Below are positions 1-8,877 of a stretch of DNA of 64,000 nucleotides, piece after piece. The DNA lies in contig CANQMS010000003.1 of NCBI GenBank assembly GCA_947624995.1, forward strand, positions 10,062 to 74,061, given 5' to 3'. Position numbers and translations under genes: made by a program. How positions within the stretch are numbered: position 1 is the first letter of the stretch; each line of letters opens with the position of its first letter. This DNA is from an uncultured Clostridia bacterium. GTDB lineage: Bacteria; Bacillota; Clostridia; Oscillospirales; CAG-272. Under the pieces are notes generated by a model, which did not search any database, had not been told where the DNA came from, and saw nothing but the letters and a program-made list of their open reading frames with translations.

Positions 1-2
1 TC

Positions 3-494
3 GACGCCGTCATAACGCTGACGGGCGTCGACGAGGAGAACCTCATCATCTCGATGTATTGCAGCCACATGGGCATAAAAAAGACGGTCACAAAGATCGA
101 CCGCAACGAGTACGTGCGCCTGTTTTCCGACCGCGACGTCGGCTCCGTCGTTTGCCCGAAGGAGCTGACGGCAAACGAGATCATCCGCTATATCCGCGCG
201 ATATCGAACAGCGGCGAGGACTCGATCCGCGCGCTTCACCGCCTCGTCGACGGGAAAGCGGAGGCGCTCGAATTCCTCGTCACCGACACGACGCCGCATA
301 TCGACATCCCGCTCTCCAAGCTCCGCTTCAGGCAGAACGTCCTCATCGCCTGCATCACACGTTCAAATCAGGTCATAATCCCGAACGGTTCGGACGCGCT
401 TCACCCGGGCGACACCGTCATCATCGTTACAACGGCGGACCGCACGGTCGGGGATCTGCGCGACATCTTCGAGAGAGACGCCGTTAAGGATTAA
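3..494 (+). CDS. trkA: Trk-type K+ uptake protein TrkA, C-terminal portion (5' end outside window)
   Basis: The reading frame is open from the window edge and shares the frame of ORF 54..494. The translation DAVITLTGVDEENLIISMY...GKAEALEFLV...HPGDTVIIVT looks like a TrkA_C/RCK_C domain. trkH follows immediately. Confidence 0.8.
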   Translation, partial: DAVITLTGVDEENLIISMYCSHMGIKKTVTKIDRNEYVRLFSDRDVGSVVCPKELTANEIIRYIRAISNSGEDSIRALHRLVDGKAEALEFLVTDTTPHIDIPLSKLRFRQNVLIACITRSNQVIIPNGSDALHPGDTVIIVTTADRTVGDLRDIFERDAVKD

Positions 495-507
495 GGGGGC
501 GCGGCTC

Positions 508-1962
508 TTGAATTACAAGATCGTCTCAAACTATCTCGGAAAGATCCTTCTGCTCGAATCCGCGACGATGCTTCCGTCGCTCATCATGGCAATATTCGCG
601 GACGGGCTTGTGCCCGCTGTCGCGTTTGCCGTTTCGATGGCTGTCGCCGCCGGAGCCGGGCTTTTGCTCGTATTCTGCTTTAAACCCGAAAGCCGCAACA
701 TATTCTCGCGCGAGGGCTGCGTTATTGTTGCGCTTTCGTGGGTTGCGATCTCGATCTTCGGCGCGGTCCCGATGACGCTTTCGGGCGCGATCCCGTCATT
801 TATCGACGCCGTGTTCGAAACCGTCTCCGGCTTCACGACGACGGGCGCAACTATACTCACCGACATTGAATCTCTTCCGATGAGCGTACTGTACTGGCGC
901 TCGTTCACACATTGGCTCGGCGGCATGGGAGTGCTCATATTCCTTTTGGCGCTCGGTCCGGCAAGCCGCGGGAGCGGAATGCCGTTCCAGATAATGCGTG
1001 CCGAGAGCCCGACGCCGACCGCGGGCAAGCTCGCGCCGAAGCTGCATCTGACGGCGCGTATACTTTATTCGATCTACCTCGGTCTGACCGTCTTGCAGAT
1101 CGTCATTCTTATCTGCGGCGGGATGCCCGTCTTCGACGCGGTCACCGCGTCGTTCAGCACGGCGGGAACGGGCGGATTCTCGATCAAGAACGACAGCTTC
1201 GCTTCGTACAGTCCGTTCTGCCAGACGACGCTCGCGGTATTCATGCTGCTGTTCGGCGTCAACTTCAACATATATTTTCTCCTTCTCATGGGCGAGTTCC
1301 GCCGCGTCTTCAAAAACAGCGAGCTGCGCGCGTATCTCGCGATCATCGGCGTTTCCGTCGCCGCCGTGACCGTCAACGTCCTGCGGTTTTTCGGCTCCGC
1401 AAAGGAGGCGTTCCACCACGCGTTCTTCCAGGTCGTCTCGATCATCACGACGACCGGCGGCACGACGCTCGACTACGAGCCGTGGCCCGAATTCTCGCAC
1501 ACGGTGCTCCTCGTCCTGATGGTCGTCGGCGCGTGCGCCGGTTCGACCGGCGGCGGCGTCAAGGTCTCGCGCATCGTCATGATGTGGAAGGCGTTCCGCA
1601 ACGAGATAAAAAAGCTCCTGCACCCGCACGCGGTCCCGACGATCGAGATGGACGGCGAGGTCATCGAGCGCAGCACGCTCGCGCGCTGCGGCGTATTCTT
1701 CTTCATCTACATGATCCTGGTCTCGCTCTCGACACTTCTGCTCTCGATCGAGGGCTGCGACCTTGAGACGAACCTGAGCGCCGTTCTCGCGTGCATAAAC
1801 AATGTCGGACCGGGCTTCGGTCTTGTCGGTCCGGCGATGGCGTATACGTGCTATTCGCCCGTCGGAAAGCTCCTGCTCGCGCTCGATATGCTGATCGGCA
1901 GGCTCGGCATATTCCCGATCCTCCTGCTCTTCGCCCCATCCACATGGAACGCGAGAAAATAA
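508..1962 (+). CDS. trkH: Trk/Ktr-type potassium transporter membrane subunit TrkH
   Basis: 484-aa polytopic membrane protein with repeated pore-loop-like motifs (SGFTTTGAT, TAGTGGFS, IITTTGG, NNVGPGFG). It has a TTG start after AAGGGGG and lies 13 nt after trkA. Confidence 0.9.
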   Translation: MNYKIVSNYLGKILLLESATMLPSLIMAIFADGLVPAVAFAVSMAVAAGAGLLLVFCFKPESRNIFSREGCVIVALSWVAISIFGAVPMTLSGAIPSFIDAVFETVSGFTTTGATILTDIESLPMSVLYWRSFTHWLGGMGVLIFLLALGPASRGSGMPFQIMRAESPTPTAGKLAPKLHLTARILYSIYLGLTVLQIVILICGGMPVFDAVTASFSTAGTGGFSIKNDSFASYSPFCQTTLAVFMLLFGVNFNIYFLLLMGEFRRVFKNSELRAYLAIIGVSVAAVTVNVLRFFGSAKEAFHHAFFQVVSIITTTGGTTLDYEPWPEFSHTVLLVLMVVGACAGSTGGGVKVSRIVMMWKAFRNEIKKLLHPHAVPTIEMDGEVIERSTLARCGVFFFIYMILVSLSTLLLSIEGCDLETNLSAVLACINNVGPGFGLVGPAMAYTCYSPVGKLLLALDMLIGRLGIFPILLLFAPSTWNARK

Positions 1963-1980
1963 TATCGTGCCGAGGCTCAG

Positions 1981-2010
1981 CGGGGAGAATTTTTCTCCCC
2001 GTGATTTTTT
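1981..2010 (+). terminator. Rho-independent terminator after trkH
   Basis: Stem CGGGGAGA / TCTCCCCG with an ATTTT loop, followed by TGATTTTTT. Confidence 0.7.
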
Positions 2011-2069
2011 CCGTCCCCGCCGCCCGGAAAAAGCAGGAAAGAAGAACTGAAAAATTTTTTCGGCACGTA

Positions 2070-2098
2070 TTGACAAGCGGCTCCGTCTGTGATATCAT
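2070..2098 (+). promoter_or_regulatory. Sigma-A type promoter of the SPFH-RHH pair
   Basis: TTGACA (2070-2075), a 17-nt spacer, then TATCAT (2093-2098). Confidence 0.55.
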
Positions 2099-2110
2099 TA
2101 TGATATCACA
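2088..2110. promoter_or_regulatory. Perfect 23-bp palindrome overlapping the -10 (candidate operator)
   Basis: TGTGATATCAT-T-ATGATATCACA has 11-bp perfect arms. It spans the -10 hexamer and the predicted transcription start. Confidence 0.5.
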
Positions 2111-2131
2111 AGAATATAAGAGGTGACAATC

Positions 2132-3169
2132 ATGAATGAGATCGTTCTTTCAAACAAAAAGCACGGCATGGCAACGCTCATCGTCTGCATCGCGATCGTG
2201 CTCGCCGCCATCGCCGGGGTCATTTTCGGCGTCATCGGACTTGACGCGGCGGAGGAGAGCGGCACTACGGACGCCGTCTCGACCGCGCTTTTCATCGTCT
2301 CGCTGCTCGTTTTTTCAGTCGCATGGATCCCGCTCTGCGGGCTGCGCATCCTCGCCCCGAATGAGGCGCTCGTGCTGACGCTGTTCGGCAAATATATCGG
2401 CACGCTCAAGGGCAACGGGTTTTACGCCATTAATCCTTTCTGCGTCTCCGTCAACCCGGCGGCAAAGACAAAGCTGAACCAGTCGGGCGACGTTTCTTCG
2501 ATCGCTACAGTCGTAACGGCGAACGGCTCCTCCTCAACGCAGGCGGAGTCCGTCTCGAAAAAGCTGTCGCTCAAGATCATGACGCTGAACAACAGCCGCC
2601 AGAAGATCAACGACTGCCTCGGCAATCCCATCGAGATCGGCATCGCCGTGACGTGGCGCATCGTCGACACGGCGAAAGCGGTCTTCAACGTCGACAACTA
2701 CAAGGAATTCCTTTCCCTCCAGTGCGACAGCGCGCTGCGCAACATCGTCCGCCTCTACCCGTACGACGTCGCGCCGAACGTAGACACGACCGGCGACGGC
2801 ATCGCGGACGACGGCAGCCTGCGCGGCTCCTCAGAGCTCGTCGCCTCCCGCATCCGCGACGAGATACAGGCGCGCGTTGACGAGGCGGGGATCGAGATAA
2901 TCGAGGCGCGCATAACATATCTCGCATACGCGACCGAGATCGCAGCCGTCATGCTCCAGCGCCAGCAGGCGTCCGCCATCATCGACGCACGCAAGATGAT
3001 CGTCGACGGCGCTGTCGGCATGGTCGAGATGGCGCTCGAACGCCTCGCGGAGAAGGGGACCGTGACGCTTGACGAGGAGCGCAAGGCGGCAATGGTGTCG
3101 AACCTGCTCGTCGTCCTCTGCGGGAACCACGACGCACAGCCCGTCGTGAATTCCGGCAGCCTGTATTGA
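2132..3169 (+). CDS. SPFH/Band-7 (prohibitin-homology) domain membrane protein
   Basis: N-terminal TM segments are followed by an SPFH-like core ([22 protein letters not shown]...[13 protein letters not shown]...[34 protein letters not shown]). I prefer the ATG at 2132 (AAGAGGTG 6 nt upstream) over the GTG at 2123. Confidence 0.85.
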   Translation: MNEIVLSNKKHGMATLIVCIAIVLAAIAGVIFGVIGLDAAEESGTTDAVSTALFIVSLLVFSVAWIPLCGLRILAPNEALVLTLFGKYIGTLKGNGFYAINPFCVSVNPAAKTKLNQSGDVSSIATVVTANGSSSTQAESVSKKLSLKIMTLNNSRQKINDCLGNPIEIGIAVTWRIVDTAKAVFNVDNYKEFLSLQCDSALRNIVRLYPYDVAPNVDTTGDGIADDGSLRGSSELVASRIRDEIQARVDEAGIEIIEARITYLAYATEIAAVMLQRQQASAIIDARKMIVDGAVGMVEMALERLAEKGTVTLDEERKAAMVSNLLVVLCGNHDAQPVVNSGSLY

Positions 3170-3170
3170 C

Positions 3171-3383
3171 ATGGCAGACAACGAGAGAAACGAGAAAAAA
3201 CAGGTTCCGCTGCGTCTGTCACCGAAGCTTTATGCCGCCATCGCCGCGTGGGCGGAGGATGATTTCCGCTCCGTCAACGGGCAGATCGAATACCTTTTGA
3301 CCGAGTGCGTCCGCCAGCGGAAGAAAAACGGCAAATACGTCTCCGACGAGCTCGACGTCCCGCCGGAGCTCGACATCGAATAA
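3171..3383 (+). CDS. Arc/MetJ-type ribbon-helix-helix DNA-binding protein
   Basis: 70 aa. [36 protein letters not shown] fits a beta-strand/helix/helix RHH pattern. The start lies 1 nt after the SPFH stop. Confidence 0.6.
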   Translation: MADNERNEKKQVPLRLSPKLYAAIAAWAEDDFRSVNGQIEYLLTECVRQRKKNGKYVSDELDVPPELDIE

Positions 3384-3491
3384 CCGGGCAGTTATCTGCG
3401 GGAAGGGGGACCTCCGAATAAGGAGGTCTCCCCCGACCCGTTTGCAGCCTGCCATCGGATAATTTGACCTATTGAAACGGACCTTAAATCA

Positions 3492-3956
3492 ATGACAAAC
3501 AAAAAACGCATACTTTTCGTCTGCCACGGGAACATATGCCGCTCCCCGATGGCGGAGTTCGTACTTAAAGACATGGTGCAAAAGCGCGGCGGGAGCGGGT
3601 TCCGCATCGAATCCGCGGCGACGAGCACGGAGGAGATCGGGAACGACGTCCACTACGGCACAAAATCAAAGCTGCGCCGCGAGGGGATCCCGTTTGAGCG
3701 CAGGGCGGCGCGGCAGCTCACGCGGCGGGATTACGGCGATTTCGACCTCATCATAGGCATGGACAGGTACAATATTTCAAACATTCTCCGCATAACCGGC
3801 GGCGACCCGGACGGCAAAGTCAAAAAGCTGCTCGACTTTACGGAGAGGCGGGGCGAGGATATCGACGACCCGTGGTACACCGGCGACTTTGACACCGCGT
3901 ACCGCGACATCTCCGAGGGCTGCCGCGGACTTCTGGACAGCATCTGCGGGAAATAA
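3492..3956 (+). CDS. Low-molecular-weight protein tyrosine phosphatase
   Basis: P-loop signature CHGNICRS near the N-terminus and a DPWY aspartate loop. The 154-aa length is typical. Confidence 0.9.
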   Translation: MTNKKRILFVCHGNICRSPMAEFVLKDMVQKRGGSGFRIESAATSTEEIGNDVHYGTKSKLRREGIPFERRAARQLTRRDYGDFDLIIGMDRYNISNILRITGGDPDGKVKKLLDFTERRGEDIDDPWYTGDFDTAYRDISEGCRGLLDSICGK

Positions 3957-3981
3957 CGATCAATTATAAGGAGAACCGGAT

Positions 3982-4297
3982 ATGCCTGCTGCCATATTTG
4001 CTTTTTTACCGTGCTGTTCGTTATACTCGGCATTGTTTTCCGCACCGGGAAGGGAGGGTTTCTCATCGCCGGATACAACACCGCGCCGCTGTCACGAAAG
4101 AAACAATATGACGAAAAAAGCTCTTTAAATACATGAGCATAATCATGTTTCTGTGCGCGGCGTGCTCTCTTTTCGCCGTCTTTGCGTTTCTGCTCCATAA
4201 AATGATGCTTTTGTGGCTCAGCGTCGGGCTCATCGTCCTCGTGTGCGTCGGCGGGGTGATCTTTATGAATACGGGCGGCAGAGTGAAAAAACAGTAA
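3982..4297 (+). pseudogene. DUF3784-like small membrane protein, interrupted by two -1 frameshifts at homopolymers
   Basis: The ATG at 3982 gives MPAAIFAF.. in one frame. The core ..VLFVILGIVFRTGKGGFLIAGYNTAPLSRKKQYDEK is in the second frame. The tail KLFKYMSIIMFLCAACSLF...GGRVKKQ* is in the third frame. The frame switches fall at T6 (4002-4007) and A6 (4114-4119). Confidence 0.6.
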
Positions 4298-4303
4298 GAG
4301 CAC

Positions 4304-4337
4304 GGGGGAGGCTTTCGCAAAAGCTCCCCCCTTTTCT
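4304..4337 (+). terminator. Rho-independent terminator
   Basis: Stem GGGGGAGGCTTT / AAAGCTCCCCCC followed by CTTTTCTG. Confidence 0.6.
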
Positions 4338-4382
4338 GTTGCCAAGACGGCGTATTTGTGGTAAACTTTAAAATAGAGAAAA

Positions 4383-5666
4383 ATGCGGAGGCGGAAGATG
4401 GAATTCTGCGGCTTTGAAACGAAAACGGTGACATACCCGGACCCCGCCCCGGGCTGGGTCGACGGGGTCTATCACGAGAGGGGGGCGCGCACCGTCCCGG
4501 GTGGGGAGCATGTGTACGTGTCGCGGCGGTTCCGCGAGCGCGAAGAGACGGGATACGGCGTCTATGACTACGTCGAGGGAACGCGATTTTCCTTTCCCGC
4601 CGAATACGTGGACTGGAGGATAACCGTCCGCGTCCGTGCGGATGGGGGCTGTAAGCTCGACGTTTTCTGCGACGGGATGTGCGTCCTTTCGGGGGCGGAG
4701 GCAGAGCCCGACGGGACGGAGCTTTCCTTCACCGTCCGCTCGTGCAGCGAAACGTCCGAACTCGCCTTCGCGCCAGCCGCGGACGGGGACGCGGAATCGT
4801 CCGCCTCGCTCGCCGTCACGGAAATATCTCGTGAGCGCGTCCCCGTGCCGGAGGCGAAAAAAATCCCGACGCTGTTTTTGGCGTCGGATTCGACGGTGCA
4901 AACCTACGACCAATACTACTATCCGCAGACCGGCTGGGGCGAGGTGCTGTACAGATTTTTTACCGATGCCGAGCTCGTCCGCGAATATAGACCGGACGGC
5001 AGCACATATTCGCATTGCCGCGCCTACGGTCTGCCCGGAGTCGTCATCGAGAACCGCGCCATCGGCGGGCGCTCGGCGCGCTCGTTCTGCCTCGAGGGCA
5101 AGCTCTCGGAGCTTTTGTCCCGAGCCGCGCGCGGCGACTTTATGATGATACAGTTCGGGCACAACGACTGCACAAAGGCGCGTCCGAACCGCTACTCGGA
5201 CCCCGATAATTATAAGTCATATATCCGCCGATACGTGAAGTCCGCGCTGTCGCGCGGGATCTTGCCGATCCTCGTCACGCCCGTGTCAAGGCGAAATTGC
5301 GGCGAGAACGGCGTTTTTTCCCCATCCTTTGCCGAATATTCCGAAAAGCTCTCGGAGCTCGCCTCCGAATTCGGAATCCCGCTCCTCGACCTCGGCTCCG
5401 CGAGCCTTGAAATTCTCAACATTCTCGGCGCAGACGACTCAAAGCGCCTCTATCTCCACACGGACCCGGGGCAATATGAGGGCGCGTACATCGGCGGCGC
5501 CGCCGACAACACGCACCTCTCCCGCACGGGCGCGCTCGTCTATGCCGGGCGCGTCGCGGACATGCTTTCCCGCTCCGCGGACGGACGGCTCGCCGCCCTC
5601 GGCAGCCTTGTCGACCGAAACCGCATTGATTATATTACGGAGGCGCTCCTTGGAAAACGACTTTGA
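4383..5666 (+). CDS. SGNH/GDSL hydrolase, rhamnogalacturonan acetylesterase-like, with an N-terminal ~160-aa extra domain
   Basis: SGNH blocks are present: LFLASDSTV (block I Ser), NRAIGGRS (block II Gly), FGHND (block III) and DNTHLS (block V His). The start could be 4383 or 4398. Confidence 0.75.
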   Translation: MRRRKMEFCGFETKTVTYPDPAPGWVDGVYHERGARTVPGGEHVYVSRRFREREETGYGVYDYVEGTRFSFPAEYVDWRITVRVRADGGCKLDVFCDGMCVLSGAEAEPDGTELSFTVRSCSETSELAFAPAADGDAESSASLAVTEISRERVPVPEAKKIPTLFLASDSTVQTYDQYYYPQTGWGEVLYRFFTDAELVREYRPDGSTYSHCRAYGLPGVVIENRAIGGRSARSFCLEGKLSELLSRAARGDFMMIQFGHNDCTKARPNRYSDPDNYKSYIRRYVKSALSRGILPILVTPVSRRNCGENGVFSPSFAEYSEKLSELASEFGIPLLDLGSASLEILNILGADDSKRLYLHTDPGQYEGAYIGGAADNTHLSRTGALVYAGRVADMLSRSADGRLAALGSLVDRNRIDYITEALLGKRL

Positions 5667-6561
5667 TCTCTGCTCGCCCGCCTTCGTGCGCGAGCTGATG
5701 GCGCGCTACGGCGTCGAGTTCCGGCACGAGTTCGGGCAGAATTTTCTCATAAACCGCGCGATCCCCGAGCGCATCGCGCGCGCCGCCGTCGGGGACGACG
5801 GTCACGCCTGCGTGCTCGAGATCGGACCCGGCATCGGCACGATGACGCGCGAGCTCTCGCGCCTCGCCGAAACCGTTCTCGCCGTCGAAATAGACGCATC
5901 TCTCATCCCCGTGCTCGACTACACGCTCTCCGACTGCGAAAACGTCACGGTGCTGAACCGCGACTTCATGAAATGCCCGCTCGGCGAGCTGACTCGCGCC
6001 GCCTTCGGCGACCGCGAATACCGCGTCTGCGCGAATCTGCCTTACTACATAACGACGCCGATAATAATGAAGCTGCTCGAAGAAACGGATCGGCGGCTGC
6101 GCTCGGTCACCGTCATGGTGCAGACCGAGGTCGCCGCGCGCCTCACCGCCGCCCCCAGCACCGCCGACTATGGCTCGATAACCGCCGCCGTCGCGTATTA
6201 CGGGCGCGCAAAGCGGCTCTTTTCCGTGTCCCCCGGGAGCTTTATGCCCGCGCCGAAGGTGACCTCGACCGTCGTCTCGATTGAAATATATCGCCCCGAA
6301 GAGCGCCCCGTCCGCCCAATTGACGGGGAAACGATGTTCCGCGTCATCTCCGCCGCCTTCGGTCAGCGTCGAAAGACGCTGCCGAACGCGATCTCTGCGG
6401 GATTCCCCGACATTTCAAAGTCTGACGCCGCGGACATCCTCGCCTCCCTCGGATACGACCCGCGCGTGCGCGGCGAGGCTCTCGCCGTCTCGGACTTCGC
6501 CCGCATATCGGACGCGATATCGGCGGCAGAACATGAAAAGATTTCAGGGCATAAAGAATAG
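5650..6561 (+). CDS. rsmA: 16S rRNA (adenine1518/1519-N6)-dimethyltransferase RsmA/KsgA
   Basis: FGQNFLIN, the SAM-binding VLEIGPGIGTMT motif and NLPYYITTPI are present. The TTG at 5650 is the preferred start. The ORF-track start at 5329 overlaps the previous gene and that stretch is low complexity. Confidence 0.9.
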   Translation: MENDFDLCSPAFVRELMARYGVEFRHEFGQNFLINRAIPERIARAAVGDDGHACVLEIGPGIGTMTRELSRLAETVLAVEIDASLIPVLDYTLSDCENVTVLNRDFMKCPLGELTRAAFGDREYRVCANLPYYITTPIIMKLLEETDRRLRSVTVMVQTEVAARLTAAPSTADYGSITAAVAYYGRAKRLFSVSPGSFMPAPKVTSTVVSIEIYRPEERPVRPIDGETMFRVISAAFGQRRKTLPNAISAGFPDISKSDAADILASLGYDPRVRGEALAVSDFARISDAISAAEHEKISGHKE

Positions 6562-6572
6562 GCGTTGCTTTT

Positions 6573-8396
6573 ATGGATAAATACGAAATTTTAAAAACAT
6601 ATTTCGGCTACGACAAATTCCGCCCCGGGCAGGAAAGGATCGTTGACGCGCTCGCCTCCGGCGGCGACGTTCTCGCCGTCATGCCGACGGGAGCGGGAAA
6701 ATCCATATGCTATCAGGTCCCGGCGCTCATGGCGGACGGCATCACCGTCGTCATCTCGCCGCTCATCTCGCTGATGAAGGATCAGGTCCGGGCGCTCATC
6801 GGCTCCGGCGTCCCCGCCGCGTATCTGAACAGCTCGCTTTCCCCCGAGCAGTACGACTTGGCGCTCCTCCGCATGGATGCGGGCAGGTACAAGATCGTAT
6901 ATGTCGCCCCGGAACGGCTGCCCAGCCCGCGCTTTTTAGAGGTCTGCGCCCGCGTCGGCGTCTCTCTTGTCGCGGTCGACGAGGCGCACTGCGTCTCTCA
7001 GTGGGGGCAGGATTTCAGACCGGACTATCTGCGGATTGCCGATTTTATACGCGCGCTCCCGCGCCGCCCCGCCGTCGGCGCATTTACCGCGACGGCGACG
7101 GACCGCGTCCGCGACGACATCCGCGAAATACTCGACCTACGCTCGCCTGTGTCCGTCGTGACCGGATTTGACCGCCCGAATCTCTTTTTCAGCGTTATAG
7201 CGCCGGAGAATAAATCCGCAAAGCTCGCCTCGCTCTTGAACGAGCGGCGCGGGAGGTCCGGCATCATATACTGCGCGACGCGGCGCGCAGTCGAGGACGT
7301 CACCGAAATGCTCGCCCGCGAGGGGCACCCCGTAACGCGGTATCACGCGGGTCTTTCGGCGGAGGAGCGGCAGCGGAACCAGGATGATTTCGTCACGGAC
7401 AGAAAGCCCGTCATCGTCGCGACGAACGCCTTCGGCATGGGCATCGACAAGTCGAACGTCTCGTTCGTGATACACTACAACATGCCGAAAAACATCGAAT
7501 CCTACTACCAGGAGGCGGGGCGTGCCGGGCGGGACGGCGAGCCCGCGGAGTGCATACTGCTCTTCGGCGCCCGCGACATAATCACGGCAAAATTTCTCAT
7601 CAACAACTCCGATCCGAACCCGGAGCTTTCCGCAGAGGAACAGGCGGCGGTGCGGCAGGAGGAGCTATATAAGCTTGAGCACATGATACGTTACGCGACC
7701 GGGACCGGCTGCCTGCGCGCCTATATCCTGCGCTATTTCGGCGAGCCCGGCGGCGACTTTTGCGGCGCGTGCTCGAACTGCCTTCACACATACGATGCCG
7801 CCGACATCACCGAGGACGCGAAAAAAGTCATCGCCTGCGTCTCGGGAACGCGCCAGCGCTACGGCATGTCGGTGATAGCGGAAGTTCTTCGCGGCAGCAA
7901 AAGCGAACGCATCACCGCGCGCCGCCTTGACCGCGAGAATACATACGGCGCCATGAGCGCGTACAGCGAAGGAAAGATAAAGGAGATCATAAGCGCGCTT
8001 CTGGCGGGCGGATATCTCGACGTGACGGACGCCGAATACCCGGTCCTCACGCTGACAGCGCAGTCCGCGGATGTGCTCGCCGGCAAGAGGCGCGTGGAAA
8101 TGAAGGTCATAAACAAAAAGAAAAAGGAGGCTCCCCCGAAAAAGGAAGCCGCCTCAAAAGCGCCCCTTGATGCCGCGGACGAGGCGCTGCTCTCCGAGCT
8201 GCGCCGCCTGCGTGCAAGGCTCGCGCGCGAGGAAAACGTCCCCGCCTACATCATCTTCACGGATGCGACGCTCACCGACATGTGCCGCAAAAAGCCGCGC
8301 GACATGGTCGAGATACTCCGCGTCTCCGGCGTCGGCGAACGCAAGCGCGACAAATACGGTCCGCTGTTTCTCGATGTGATAGAGAAATATTTATGA
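6573..8396 (+). CDS. recQ: ATP-dependent DNA helicase RecQ
   Basis: Motifs FRPGQ, MPTGAGKS, VDEAHCVSQWGQDFRPDY and ATNAFGMGIDK, a Zn-binding Cys cluster, and a C-terminal HRDC-like region (IFTDATLTDMCRKKP). Confidence 0.92.
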   Translation: MDKYEILKTYFGYDKFRPGQERIVDALASGGDVLAVMPTGAGKSICYQVPALMADGITVVISPLISLMKDQVRALIGSGVPAAYLNSSLSPEQYDLALLRMDAGRYKIVYVAPERLPSPRFLEVCARVGVSLVAVDEAHCVSQWGQDFRPDYLRIADFIRALPRRPAVGAFTATATDRVRDDIREILDLRSPVSVVTGFDRPNLFFSVIAPENKSAKLASLLNERRGRSGIIYCATRRAVEDVTEMLAREGHPVTRYHAGLSAEERQRNQDDFVTDRKPVIVATNAFGMGIDKSNVSFVIHYNMPKNIESYYQEAGRAGRDGEPAECILLFGARDIITAKFLINNSDPNPELSAEEQAAVRQEELYKLEHMIRYATGTGCLRAYILRYFGEPGGDFCGACSNCLHTYDAADITEDAKKVIACVSGTRQRYGMSVIAEVLRGSKSERITARRLDRENTYGAMSAYSEGKIKEIISALLAGGYLDVTDAEYPVLTLTAQSADVLAGKRRVEMKVINKKKKEAPPKKEAASKAPLDAADEALLSELRRLRARLAREENVPAYIIFTDATLTDMCRKKPRDMVEILRVSGVGERKRDKYGPLFLDVIEKYL

Positions 8397-8417
8397 CCGC
8401 GTGCGCGCCGCCGCCCC

Positions 8418-8732
8418 TCACAGAAGCGCAAATCCGACGACAAGTATGACGGAGAGCGCGATGCGTATGATGTGGTGCTGTATGTGAAGCTGTCCGCTCT
8501 TTACCCCGTTCATGATCGCGGCGGCACAGATCGCGATACATCCGATCAGGGCGACGATGAAGTCCGCCTGCTGCCCCGCTGTGTTGCATATAACGGCGGC
8601 AAGCAGCAAAAGGGAGCCGGCTGTCATTATTACGGCAGGGACCGGCTTTTTCTCGTTTTTTGCCTGAACGAAAGCGGCGAGCATGGACAGCGCGCCGAAA
8701 AGTACGCTTACGGTACACAGTGCGATTTTCAT
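8418..8732 (-). CDS. Small hypothetical membrane protein
   Basis: 104 aa from the internal ATG (MKIALCTVSVLFG...) preceded by GGAGGTACAA, with several hydrophobic segments. I recognise no family. Confidence 0.45.
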   Translation of the reverse strand: MKIALCTVSVLFGALSMLAAFVQAKNEKKPVPAVIMTAGSLLLLAAVICNTAGQQADFIVALIGCIAICAAAIMNGVKSGQLHIQHHIIRIALSVILVVGFALL

Positions 8733-8818
8733 TTGTACCTCCGGGATAGGGTCTGCGGCTCGCTGCGCGCTCGGCATACGAAATACCGTACCGGAGGCGC
8801 AAGCCCGCAAATATAAGT

Positions 8819-8850
8819 CCCCCGCCTCCGGCAGCCGCCGAAGGCGGGGG
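8819..8850 (-). terminator. Hairpin downstream of the rpiB-like gene
   Basis: Stem CCCCCGCCT...AGGCGGGGG with an inner CGGC/GCCG stem. The U-tract is weak. Confidence 0.4.
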
Positions 8851-8877
8851 GCGCTTCTATAATTCCGTATTACCGCC

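Noticed and set aside
796-2076. 426-aa ORF antisense to trkH. Similar long antisense ORFs lie at 11539-12723, 13522-14772, 21956-23317, 32510-34075, 36276-37310, 43273-44463, 57287-58654 and 59445-60818.
   Set aside because: Each lies opposite a gene with unmistakable family motifs. Each is Arg/Ala/Gly/His/Asp-rich low complexity with no recognisable motif and lacks a plausible SD. Such stop-free shadow frames are expected in GC-rich genes with strong third-position bias.
5329-5649. N-terminal 107-codon extension of the rsmA ORF overlapping the end of the SGNH esterase gene.
   Set aside because: The extension is Ser/Pro/Arg/Thr-rich and runs out of frame over a well-supported gene. The RsmA homology begins near the TTG at 5650.
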